DNA from: Bacillota bacterium
GTDB taxonomy: Bacteria; Bacillota; Clostridia; Lachnospirales; Lachnospiraceae
Length of the DNA: 32,000 bases
NCBI GenBank assembly: GCA_023413555.1
Contig: JAEZPG010000029.1
Span: 10,810-42,809 of the forward strand
Reading direction: 5' to 3'
Positions 6,898 to 15,225 of the stretch are shown here, piece after piece. The notes under the pieces were generated by a model that ran no database searches, had not been told where the DNA came from, and saw only the letters and a program-made list of their open reading frames with translations. The first letter of the stretch is position 1, and every line of letters begins with the position of its first letter. The position numbers and the translations under genes are program-made.

Positions 6898-9222
6898 TTA
6901 CCGTTTCTCGTAATAAAAAATGGTATCTGCAATTTCTTTAGGAACTGTATTCCCTTTTTTTGTAATACCAAGAGCCTTTGCCTCCAGAATTCTTACTTTT
7001 CCATGGGCCTCTTTCTCATAACGGTACATGGATTCACTAAATACAGGTCGATTAATCAGGTTCATTCGAATATCCCTGCTAAATGGACAATACATTGATA
7101 CTATATCTCGAGCCGGCTTACTAAGCCTTAGTGCTCCTCCACACTCATATTTCATCCACTGTTCATAATCAATGACAAAACATTCTCTCAAGCTATTTCT
7201 TGCCTTTATTATCTGCTGCTTAACTTTTTCCTTTTTATCCTCTGTTAAATCTTTATTTTTGCGATAAAATTGAATATAATCGCTATACTCTGATGTCAGA
7301 CATTTGTTTTTAATGTCATTCCATGCAACACCTTGCATAGTTCGACAAAGCTCCCAACGGTATCTTCCTGCTAACTTAATCATTGTATCATACAGACTTC
7401 CCTCATGAAAGATTGAAATACAGAAGCGACCTGAACTTTCTCTTCGTTTACCTTCTATATCCTGCCACATACTTCCATTACAGCCACAAGTAGGAAAAAT
7501 AATGATATCAGGCAGACATTTTTTTACAATCATCTCTTTGTTAATTCCCACACTTGGGTTAGTATACAATACCTCTCGATAGAACAAGGAAAAATCTATC
7601 TTACAAATATCTCGAATTGCTTCATCCACTGCTGTGTAGGTAACAAAATATTTTACCATATTGAGGGGCATAATATCTCTGTGAAGTACTGGTATAAAAG
7701 TAGATATCTTTCCATTAACCAATCTCATGTTCAAGGAAAACATATTATTTATCTCAAAATTTAATTTTTTATCCTTATCCTTGGCATAACTCTCTACCTC
7801 TGTTAGACTAAGCTTACCTTGTACCTTAAGATGTCTCACATATTCTGCATAATCCATATCAAGATCATTTTTAGATGGTTCCTTAATACCTTTGTAAATA
7901 AGTGTGAGCCATTCAAACATAGTATGGCAATTGCAGTAATGAGTGTTGGTATAGCTAATCTTAAATCGATATAGCTCCAGTGCTTGTTCCTTAGTAATTA
8001 ACCTCTCATCCATAAACCCAAAATTTAAGAATAGCTCAATCACCTTACTGTATTGTTGTGTGGTATATGCGATCTTAAATACCTTCTCGTAGATTGTATA
8101 AAAATCTTTGCTAATCTCTTTTCGAAGAACTCTCGTCTCATCCGAAACTTGCAGCTTGTCCGATAGTGCAAGAAATCGGTCTATGCATTGTTTGAAATGG
8201 GTGCTAATCTCCGACTCAATCTGTCCATAGGATAAAATCTGATCCAGACTACCAGTAAGTTCTTGGGTTATACTGTCATTATCCATCGTATGACTATCTA
8301 CCATAAGTTCACTGACATCCTTTTCTGCTATCAAAGCAAAATACATCTTTTCCATCATTTCACGATTTACAAAATTAGACCCTCCCATGGATTCCTCGTA
8401 ACTAGTTTCTATTTTGTTTACTAAATCCACAGATTTATCTACCAACTCTATCATATCTGAGTAATTCGCGTGAGAAGGCGCCAATAGCATTACTTCCTGG
8501 CAGAGAATCTTAAAGATACAATCATTTCCATCATTAAACAAGCTGACACTGAGCTCATTCACATAGGAAACCATCTGATGTAACTGCTCTATTAAGATAG
8601 TGATAATCTTGATTTTTTCCTCTGACTCTTTCATCGATAGGTTCGGTAAGTAGGAATAGTAATTCGCCATAACCTCTACTGGTATTTGTTGCATTTCTCT
8701 GATTCCTTCTAGCCACTCTTCCTTCACGGGAAGGGTCTTGTTATACTCTGTCAATCTTTGAAAGCTCTGTATCGGTTGTGGATTTCCACCATATGCTATA
8801 ACAATATTCTTATATGTTGTCACAATCTCCTTAGCCTCATGATAGATATCATTGGCTGAGGATTTCAAATTATAATAATCATCATTTATATTACAAATGA
8901 TTCGATTTAAGGTTTTCAGCATATATCCTTTATAATCTTTGTTTTGTTCTAATATCTCGCCTAAATCGGATAACTCTCTACATTTAAATATGTATATACT
9001 ACAAGCCTCATTCGCCTCACAGGTAAAAGAATACTTTCCTAAGTACATATCATGAATACCAATAAAATTTCCTGGTCCAAGAATCATTTTACTTCCTGTC
9101 TGATGTAAGGTTACGGTTCCTTTGAGAAGTAATGCTACACTTTGCAGAATATGCCCCTGCCTATATATAATACTATTTTCTTCAACTTGATTAACCATTC
9201 CAACTTTTAATTCAATTTCCAT
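6898..9222 (-). CDS. large soluble protein: N-terminal cNMP-binding-like beta-barrel (degenerate phosphate-binding cassette) + long helical region + Cys/Trp-rich C-terminal module; function unknown
   Basis: The track ORF is 6898..9240. The preferred start is ATG 9222 (MEIELKVG...), preceded by AAGGAGAGG. IIYRQGHILQSVALLLKGTVTLHQTGSKMILGPGNFIGIHDMYLGK.YSFTCEANEACSIYIF follows the CAP/cNMP-binding fold pattern, but the conserved Arg of the RxA cassette is absent. No hydrophobic TM-length segments are visible. Confidence 0.75.
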   Translation of the reverse strand: MEIELKVGMVNQVEENSIIYRQGHILQSVALLLKGTVTLHQTGSKMILGPGNFIGIHDMYLGKYSFTCEANEACSIYIFKCRELSDLGEILEQNKDYKGYMLKTLNRIICNINDDYYNLKSSANDIYHEAKEIVTTYKNIVIAYGGNPQPIQSFQRLTEYNKTLPVKEEWLEGIREMQQIPVEVMANYYSYLPNLSMKESEEKIKIITILIEQLHQMVSYVNELSVSLFNDGNDCIFKILCQEVMLLAPSHANYSDMIELVDKSVDLVNKIETSYEESMGGSNFVNREMMEKMYFALIAEKDVSELMVDSHTMDNDSITQELTGSLDQILSYGQIESEISTHFKQCIDRFLALSDKLQVSDETRVLRKEISKDFYTIYEKVFKIAYTTQQYSKVIELFLNFGFMDERLITKEQALELYRFKISYTNTHYCNCHTMFEWLTLIYKGIKEPSKNDLDMDYAEYVRHLKVQGKLSLTEVESYAKDKDKKLNFEINNMFSLNMRLVNGKISTFIPVLHRDIMPLNMVKYFVTYTAVDEAIRDICKIDFSLFYREVLYTNPSVGINKEMIVKKCLPDIIIFPTCGCNGSMWQDIEGKRRESSGRFCISIFHEGSLYDTMIKLAGRYRWELCRTMQGVAWNDIKNKCLTSEYSDYIQFYRKNKDLTEDKKEKVKQQIIKARNSLRECFVIDYEQWMKYECGGALRLSKPARDIVSMYCPFSRDIRMNLINRPVFSESMYRYEKEAHGKVRILEAKALGITKKGNTVPKEIADTIFYYEKR

Positions 9223-9493
9223 ACAACCTCTCCTTATCAAGTATTCTACCTATCCTGTACTACTATTATACACTTATAAAATATTTCGGTAAACTAATTC
9301 CATAATATTAGAAAAATCCTGGTTTCCTGTTCTTTAGAAAGCTATTTTGCATAAGGAAGTTGTTTGGACTTCCCAATCAAAAAATACCCAGGATCCTGAT
9401 ATTCTTGGCTTTCTAATGTAATCAATAGATAGCTCATATATTCCAGGCTCTGGATATTGGTTTGTATAGACAAAATAATATTATTTATTTAAA

Positions 9494-9768
9494 TTCCGTG
9501 CATCTTGCTTCGAATAAACCCCATAAGCGTTACCTTTACAGTTAACTCGGCTCAGGCGACCTTACGGCACACAGGAGCTTCTGCTTAGTGCTGCTTCATT
9601 CCTGACCTGACACGGTTCACAGATTCCTGTTGCGTAAGACCCAAGCGTCAACATCACTTATAAAGGGCAGCCCTACAAAATTTACCCTAGGCAAGATATC
9701 ACCCCTGCTGTAGCGGATTGCAGGTACAGGGCACCGCTATCTCCCCGGCTGCACGGAAACTTTATAGA
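9494..9768 (-). ncRNA. ffs: signal recognition particle RNA, long (Bacillus/Clostridium) form
   Basis: The minus strand reads ...CCGTGCAGCCGGGGAGATAGCGGTGCCCTGTACCTGCAATCCGCTACAGCAGGGG...GTGTCAGGTCAGGAATGAAGCAGCACTAAGC...GGTCGCCTGAGCCGAGTTAACTG...GATGCACGG. This is nearly colinear with my recollection of B. subtilis scRNA (GCGGGGAGGUAGCGGUGCCCUGUACCUGCAAUCCGCUCUAGCAGGG...CAUGUCAGGUCCGGAAGGAAGCAGC). It lies immediately downstream of tadA, as in B. subtilis. The ends are approximate, within about 5 nt. Confidence 0.9.
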
Positions 9769-9831
9769 CTAATTTGTTAACGTCCAAACACTCAGACGTA
9801 TTGTATAGTATATCTTGTTTAACCCCTTCTG

Positions 9832-10314
9832 TCAAGAGTGTTTTTCCTTCCTCTTTTTCTCTCTTAACTCCTTAAAAAAGTCCTGCAACAGATTCTGACA
9901 GTCTTCTTCACATACTCCACGAATCACCTCTACCTGATGATTAAACTTATCCATCTGTAACAGATTCAAGATGGATCCACCACAGCCTGCCTTAGGATTC
10001 ATGGCACCTATTACAACCATGTCAATTCTAGCCTGAACAATGGCTCCAGCACACATCTGACATGGTTCTAAAGTCACATACATGGTACATCCTTCTAAAC
10101 GCCAGTCTCCCAACACCTTAGAAGCCTTATTAATAGCTAAAAGTTCTGCATGGGCCAGTGTGTTTTTCTTATAATTTCTCTTATTATATGCTCTGGCAAT
10201 AATCTTATTCTCATATACAATGACACACCCAATAGGCACCTCATCTATCTTATAAGCCTTCTTTGCCTGCTTAATAGCTTCCTTCATGTATCTTTCCAAG
10301 AGCATAACCTCCAA
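9832..10314 (-). CDS. tadA: tRNA-specific adenosine(34) deaminase
   Basis: 160-aa ORF with the CDA-fold zinc motifs HAELLAI and TLEPCQMCAGAI, and EVPIGCVIV near the N-terminus. The start is uncertain: TTG at 10314, or ATG three codons in. Confidence 0.9.
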   Translation of the reverse strand: MEVMLLERYMKEAIKQAKKAYKIDEVPIGCVIVYENKIIARAYNKRNYKKNTLAHAELLAINKASKVLGDWRLEGCTMYVTLEPCQMCAGAIVQARIDMVVIGAMNPKAGCGGSILNLLQMDKFNHQVEVIRGVCEEDCQNLLQDFFKELREKKRKEKHS

Positions 10315-10418
10315 TTTTGTCGCTTCATCCTGTGGATTTTTCTATTACTATTTGCTATCCTATATAGTATCACGAGGTAAATTAACTTACAACTTATTAT
10401 TCACAAGGAGGCTTTCCC

Positions 10419-11117
10419 ATGATTCCTATATACGGTTTGCAAAAAACTACCTTATTAGACTTCCCAGGACATGTTGCCAGTACTATATTTCTAGGAAAAT
10501 GTAATTATCGTTGTCCGTACTGTCAAAATTCTTCTCTTTTAGATCCAAAAGATATGGCACCTGTCTTTACTGAAGAGGACGTGTACCAGCATTTACATAA
10601 ACGGAAATGTATCCTGGAGGGCGTCTGTATCACTGGCGGAGAACCAACACTGACAAAAGAATTGAAGTCCTTTATTAAAAACATAAAACACATGGGATAC
10701 AAGGTAAAATTAGATACCAATGGTACCAATCCCTCACTATTGAAGGAACTGCTACAGGAGAACCTATTGGATATGGTGGCCATGGACATTAAGAATTCTC
10801 TTTCCCGTTATGGACGAACAGTAGGGATTCCGGAGTACAACACCAAACCGGTAGAGGAGACTGTGGAATTATTAAAAGAAAGTCGTATCTGTTATGAGTT
10901 TCGGACTACACTGGTGAAGGAGCTTCATCGTAAAGAAGACCTATTATCTATCAGTGAGTGGCTTCAAGGACCTAGTCCATATTTTCTACAAAATTACAAG
11001 GATAGTGATGAAGTTCTCACGAAAGGCTTACAAGGATTTTCTACGGAGGAGTTATCGAACCTGCTTTCTGTTGTGAGGCCTTTGCTCCCCAATTCTTCTC
11101 TTCGTGGGGTAGAATAA
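10419..11117 (+). CDS. radical SAM activase, anaerobic ribonucleotide reductase activating protein (NrdG2-type) family
   Basis: 232-aa ORF with an AGGAGG SD 7 nt upstream. The N-terminus IYGLQKTTLLDFPGHVASTIFLGKCNYRCPYCQN carries the CX3CX2C cluster in the arrangement typical of the NrdG2 subgroup. GGEPTL is present. Confidence 0.8.
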   Translation: MIPIYGLQKTTLLDFPGHVASTIFLGKCNYRCPYCQNSSLLDPKDMAPVFTEEDVYQHLHKRKCILEGVCITGGEPTLTKELKSFIKNIKHMGYKVKLDTNGTNPSLLKELLQENLLDMVAMDIKNSLSRYGRTVGIPEYNTKPVEETVELLKESRICYEFRTTLVKELHRKEDLLSISEWLQGPSPYFLQNYKDSDEVLTKGLQGFSTEELSNLLSVVRPLLPNSSLRGVE

Positions 11118-11363
11118 GAAAATCATTGCTTATACAAACAAGCGGAGGACATCTAGGGAGGTTTTAAAGCACGCCTTAGCATACAAGCTTCCTGTTGACT
11201 CTCCACCTACATCGGTGAGAGCCTTATCTTTTTCAAGATAAAGACTTCCCTTTGTCCCCCACTTTATATATGTACATGAAGCCTCAAAATGTCTGAAGCT
11301 TCAAGAGTTCAGATATAATAAATGCAAACTCTGACATTTATGTTATAACAGCACACAACACTG

Positions 11364-13016
11364 TTAAAATACTATCTCCATACACCAATAGCCAAACTCT
11401 CCACCTTGCACCTCATCATATGCAGGGTTCCCCGTCATACTTCTGTTAGCCGCCTGGACGTTTTCACCTTGGACTCTTGTTAAAGGCTGAAACATGGAAA
11501 AGCCAAACATATTGGCCATAAATCTCTCTCGGCTGTGATTCACCCCCGGTATTCCAAGTAGATACACATGTCTGTTATATACATCCTTGCAAAAGAAAAT
11601 CAAATGCCGATAGCTGTAGTAACCATGGAGAAGAAAGCTGTTATTGGCAAGTATCCAGTTCTCCATTGGGAAGATACCAATATCCTGTGGTTCAATCCTT
11701 ACACAATTGCCCTCGTCTATATCTAGAAAAGGCTCAATAGCAGGATATCTGGTCAAGATTCGCTGTACAACAGGATGAATCTTGCCACCATCGTCCATAC
11801 TGTCATCCTCATCTTCCTCCTCAGAGGAAGTCTCCTGAATTTTAGATGACTCCTTACCATACTCTAACGTCTTATTATCAGACTTCTCTTCATAGTCTGC
11901 AACCTTAAGTTCAGCTTCACTCTCGGAATCTCCGTAAATATCACTTGCCTTTTCTATATGGAAGGTCCGTCTTAATTCTTCCTCAATCTGCTGCTTCTCC
12001 TTCTCTGCTTCCAATCTGGCTAGTTTCTGTTCCTTAATTCTAGCCTCCTTGATGTTCCATTCCATAGAAACACGTTCTAATTGTTCTATTCTTCCATGTA
12101 GATTCTTAATTTCCTGTTGAAGCTCCAAATATTCCTCCTTGGATTCGCAGCTCTTAAAGGTTGTAAAATACTCGATTGCAGTCTTAGGGTTTATGGAAAC
12201 CGGTGTTTCTTCTTCCTTTTCACTAAGCTCTTGGTGGGATGAAGAAACACTATTGCTAAGCATGTTACCAAACAGTTCATGCGCTTTGTGGTCCAATCTC
12301 TCCATCCTTTTTATATTAAGTGGATTACTAATTGAATCCAGATCCTCATCCTGTTCGACGCCATTCTCAGGTGAAAGGTCTGCTGCATGAACTTCTTCGA
12401 TCTCACTCACCTCTACAGCTTCCTGTAGGGAATCTTCTTTGCTAGGCTGATCCTGTTCTGTTTGTATCGATTCTTTCTGCTGAGCACTCTCAGACTGGTC
12501 CTCAGAAATGTCTAAAGTTCCCTCTGTCATCTCTGCGGCAATAGCTGTCTCTCTGGCTGCTTCTGTAAGAGCTCCACCATTTACGTTCCTTCGTTGATAA
12601 AAATCGGCAGGTCTCTCTTCATCAAACAGAAGCATGTCAAACTGAATTGGTCGATTGTCCCATTCTGTTCCTAAAAAGACATTATCTGAAATATATACAA
12701 GAATCCCTCCCATATCTGCCAAATGATACTGGGTATGACATAAATCCTCTGCTTGTGTAAGAATCTTAAATTCTCCTACTCCACCAGAAATATTCATATC
12801 TCCTAGGATAATCCCATGGATAACACCATCATACCAACAATAGGCACATACTTTCACTGTCATATTCTGAAGGTTTGGGACGCGAACATGGACAATAATC
12901 TTACATTGGCCATTCCGTATTTCCAGTCTGGTAAATCCAACATTATTGCCCTTCAATTGATGATTATACTGATATATGTAGGATACAATCCTCTTATAAT
13001 CCGCCAAAGACCTCAC
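11364..13016 (-). CDS. hypothetical protein: beta-rich N-terminal domain, about 250-aa acidic/coiled-coil linker, conserved-looking C-terminal domain
   Basis: 550-aa ORF. The track start is GTG 13016, and TTG 13007 has better SD spacing. No catalytic motif was recognised. The middle is E/S/D-rich with heptad-like stretches (LELQQEIKNLHGRIEQLERVSMEWNIKEARIKEQKLARLEAEKEKQQIEEELRR). Confidence 0.7.
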   Translation of the reverse strand: MRSLADYKRIVSYIYQYNHQLKGNNVGFTRLEIRNGQCKIIVHVRVPNLQNMTVKVCAYCWYDGVIHGIILGDMNISGGVGEFKILTQAEDLCHTQYHLADMGGILVYISDNVFLGTEWDNRPIQFDMLLFDEERPADFYQRRNVNGGALTEAARETAIAAEMTEGTLDISEDQSESAQQKESIQTEQDQPSKEDSLQEAVEVSEIEEVHAADLSPENGVEQDEDLDSISNPLNIKRMERLDHKAHELFGNMLSNSVSSSHQELSEKEEETPVSINPKTAIEYFTTFKSCESKEEYLELQQEIKNLHGRIEQLERVSMEWNIKEARIKEQKLARLEAEKEKQQIEEELRRTFHIEKASDIYGDSESEAELKVADYEEKSDNKTLEYGKESSKIQETSSEEEDEDDSMDDGGKIHPVVQRILTRYPAIEPFLDIDEGNCVRIEPQDIGIFPMENWILANNSFLLHGYYSYRHLIFFCKDVYNRHVYLLGIPGVNHSRERFMANMFGFSMFQPLTRVQGENVQAANRSMTGNPAYDEVQGGEFGYWCMEIVF

Positions 13017-13079
13017 TCCTTTATACCAAGTATATGAGGGGGTTAAAAGGAATATGACTATAAGTTTAATGAATCATGA

Positions 13080-13109
13080 AAGGGATGGTTATTCTCCTAA
13101 CCATCCCTT
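13080..13109 (-). terminator. hairpin downstream of rsmA (probable terminator)
   Basis: AAGGGATGGTT-aggagaat-AACCATCCCTT forms a perfect 11-bp stem 11 nt after the rsmA stop. The following tract is only moderately U-rich (TTCATGATTC). Confidence 0.5.
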
Positions 13110-13119
13110 GTTCTTACTT

Positions 13120-13983
13120 CTATTTTTTTAGTAACTCATTGGTTAACTGTGCAAATTCCTGTAGATTGAGTGCTTCTCCTCTTACCGTCGCCGGTTTTCC
13201 TATAGCTTCTAAAGCTTCTACCACCTGCTCTTTCGTAAAGGTTAATTCAGGTGAATTATTCAATCCATTCTGCAAAGTCTTTCTTCTTTGATTAAAAGAA
13301 GCTCGAATAATTGCGAACATGGTTTTCTTGTCAACCACTTCCACTGGCTTTGTCTCATGAAGGGTAAGTCGAATTACTGCAGAACCTACATTTGGCCTTG
13401 GCATAAAGCAATTGGGTGGTACATTGGCTACAATATAAGGCTCTGCATAGTATTGTACTGCCAAAGAAAGTGCCCCATAATCCTTAGAGCCAGGACCGGT
13501 CTGCATACGATCTGCCACCTCCTTCTGCACCATAACCGTAATATTTTCAATAGGAACCTCATTTTCTAGAAGTCCCATAATAATCGGAGTGGTAATGTAG
13601 TAGGGTAAATTGGCTACCACTTTCATTGGCTTTCCGCCGTTGTACTGTTCAGCCAAACCCTTGATATCTACCTTAAGAATATCCTTATTAATTACCATAG
13701 CATTGTCATATTCTGACAAGGTATCCTGTAAAATAGGTATTAGATTTTTGTCGATTTCCACTGCAATGACCTGTCTGGCATATTCACATAGATATTGAGT
13801 CATGGTTCCAATTCCTGGACCAATCTCCAGAACCAAGTCATCTTTAGTCACATTAGCAGATTGAATAATCTTCTCTAGAACATGGGTATCAATCAAAAAG
13901 TTCTGTCCAAAACGTTTTTGAAAATTAAATCCATATTTGTTTAAAACTGCTATTGTATTTTGGGGATTTCCTAGTGTGGCCAT
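13120..13983 (-). CDS. rsmA: 16S rRNA (adenine1518/1519-N6)-dimethyltransferase
   Basis: 287-aa ORF with FGQNFL, VLEIGPGIGTMT (SAM motif I) and VVANLPYYITTPI. It lies downstream of tatD, as in B. subtilis. Confidence 0.93.
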   Translation of the reverse strand: MATLGNPQNTIAVLNKYGFNFQKRFGQNFLIDTHVLEKIIQSANVTKDDLVLEIGPGIGTMTQYLCEYARQVIAVEIDKNLIPILQDTLSEYDNAMVINKDILKVDIKGLAEQYNGGKPMKVVANLPYYITTPIIMGLLENEVPIENITVMVQKEVADRMQTGPGSKDYGALSLAVQYYAEPYIVANVPPNCFMPRPNVGSAVIRLTLHETKPVEVVDKKTMFAIIRASFNQRRKTLQNGLNNSPELTFTKEQVVEALEAIGKPATVRGEALNLQEFAQLTNELLKK

Positions 13984-14025
13984 CTGATTCCTCTTCTTTT
14001 CTATATTATTTCTAGGCTTTCCCGC

Positions 14026-14799
14026 CTATTTCACTCTATATAATGCCTTTGCATTAGCATTGGTAATCTCCAGTACTTCCTCATAAGAAATATTCTTTAT
14101 AGCAGCCATTTCTTTGGCTACATAGATTAGATTAGTGGAGTCGTTTCTATCCCCTCTATGTGGAACAGGTGCCAAATAAGGGCAATCCGTCTCCAACACA
14201 AGTCGATCCATTGGTGCATATTCCACCACATCTTTTAATTTTTTTGCATTTTTAAAAGTTAGAACTCCACCGATTCCTAAGTAAAAACCACGATTTAAGT
14301 ACTCTCTTGCTATTTCAACTCCATATGAGAAACAATGAATAACACCACCAATCTCCTGACAATTGGCTTCCTTCATGATATTTAATGTATCCTGTGCAGC
14401 ATCCCTGCTGTGTATGATGATGGGAAGTTTTACTTCTCTTGCTAGTTCTAACTGCCTTCTGAACCATTTTTTTTGAATTACACGATTTGGTTCATCCCAG
14501 TAGTAATCTAAGCCAATCTCTCCTATTGCCACAATCTTAGGGTTCTTACTTTTCTCATATAACCAATCTATGTCTTCTTCTGTCAACTCTGCTGTTTCAT
14601 TAGGATGAACACCAATGGCTCCATACACTTTGTCGTATTCTTTTGTTAATGCATAGGTTGTCCTGGAACTGTCCATAGAAGAACCTACATTTACTATAAA
14701 CTCTATATTGTTATTCCACAATCTCCCTAAAACTTCACTTCTGTCATGATCATACTGTTCATCATCATAATGGGAATGTGTATCTATTATCCTGCTCAT
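14026..14799 (-). CDS. tatD: TatD-family metal-dependent hydrolase/DNase (YabD-like)
   Basis: 257-aa ORF with IDTHSHYD, AIGEIGLDYYW, IIHSRDA, GVIHCFS and LETDCPYLAPVPHRG. It lies downstream of metG, in conserved synteny. Confidence 0.9.
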   Translation of the reverse strand: MSRIIDTHSHYDDEQYDHDRSEVLGRLWNNNIEFIVNVGSSMDSSRTTYALTKEYDKVYGAIGVHPNETAELTEEDIDWLYEKSKNPKIVAIGEIGLDYYWDEPNRVIQKKWFRRQLELAREVKLPIIIHSRDAAQDTLNIMKEANCQEIGGVIHCFSYGVEIAREYLNRGFYLGIGGVLTFKNAKKLKDVVEYAPMDRLVLETDCPYLAPVPHRGDRNDSTNLIYVAKEMAAIKNISYEEVLEITNANAKALYRVK

Positions 14800-15171
14800 T
14801 TGTGCCTCCTAACTATTTCATGGCTTATATTAACTTATTTTCATAAATTAAGCAAGCACAAGCGAAGATAGACTCTGATAGCATGCTATATTTTAACCAT
14901 GCAAAAAGCTATTACTATTTGTATATTACTACGTTAACTACCATATGATGCGGTTTTTTCTAGTATTTCATTTGCAAAATCACATACAATAATAGTACGA
15001 TAGGTAGTATTCTTAAGATTTCATCCAAGCAAGTGCCATAATAAACCTCCATTTATTATAAAGCTTTCAAAATACTACCTATCAATTTTAATTTTCATTA
15101 GATATTATTCCAATGTTCATGTTTTTTAGACATTTGAATATGTTTTAATTGGAATCATTAAACAAATTACA

Positions 15172-15210
15172 TCACAAAACTGCCGAAAACATACTTTCTG
15201 TTTTCGGCAA
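15172..15210 (-). terminator. intrinsic terminator of metG
   Basis: On the minus strand GCCGAAAAC-agaaagtat-GTTTTCGGC forms a 9-bp stem followed by AGTTTTGTG. It starts 16 nt after the metG stop. Confidence 0.7.
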
Positions 15211-15225
15211 TTTATTATTCTTATA

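Noticed and set aside
9390-9399. 10-nt palindrome CAGGATCCTG in the region downstream of the SRP RNA
   Set aside because: It has no loop, so it cannot form a hairpin. It is a single occurrence, and a chance palindrome containing a BamHI site is a sufficient explanation.
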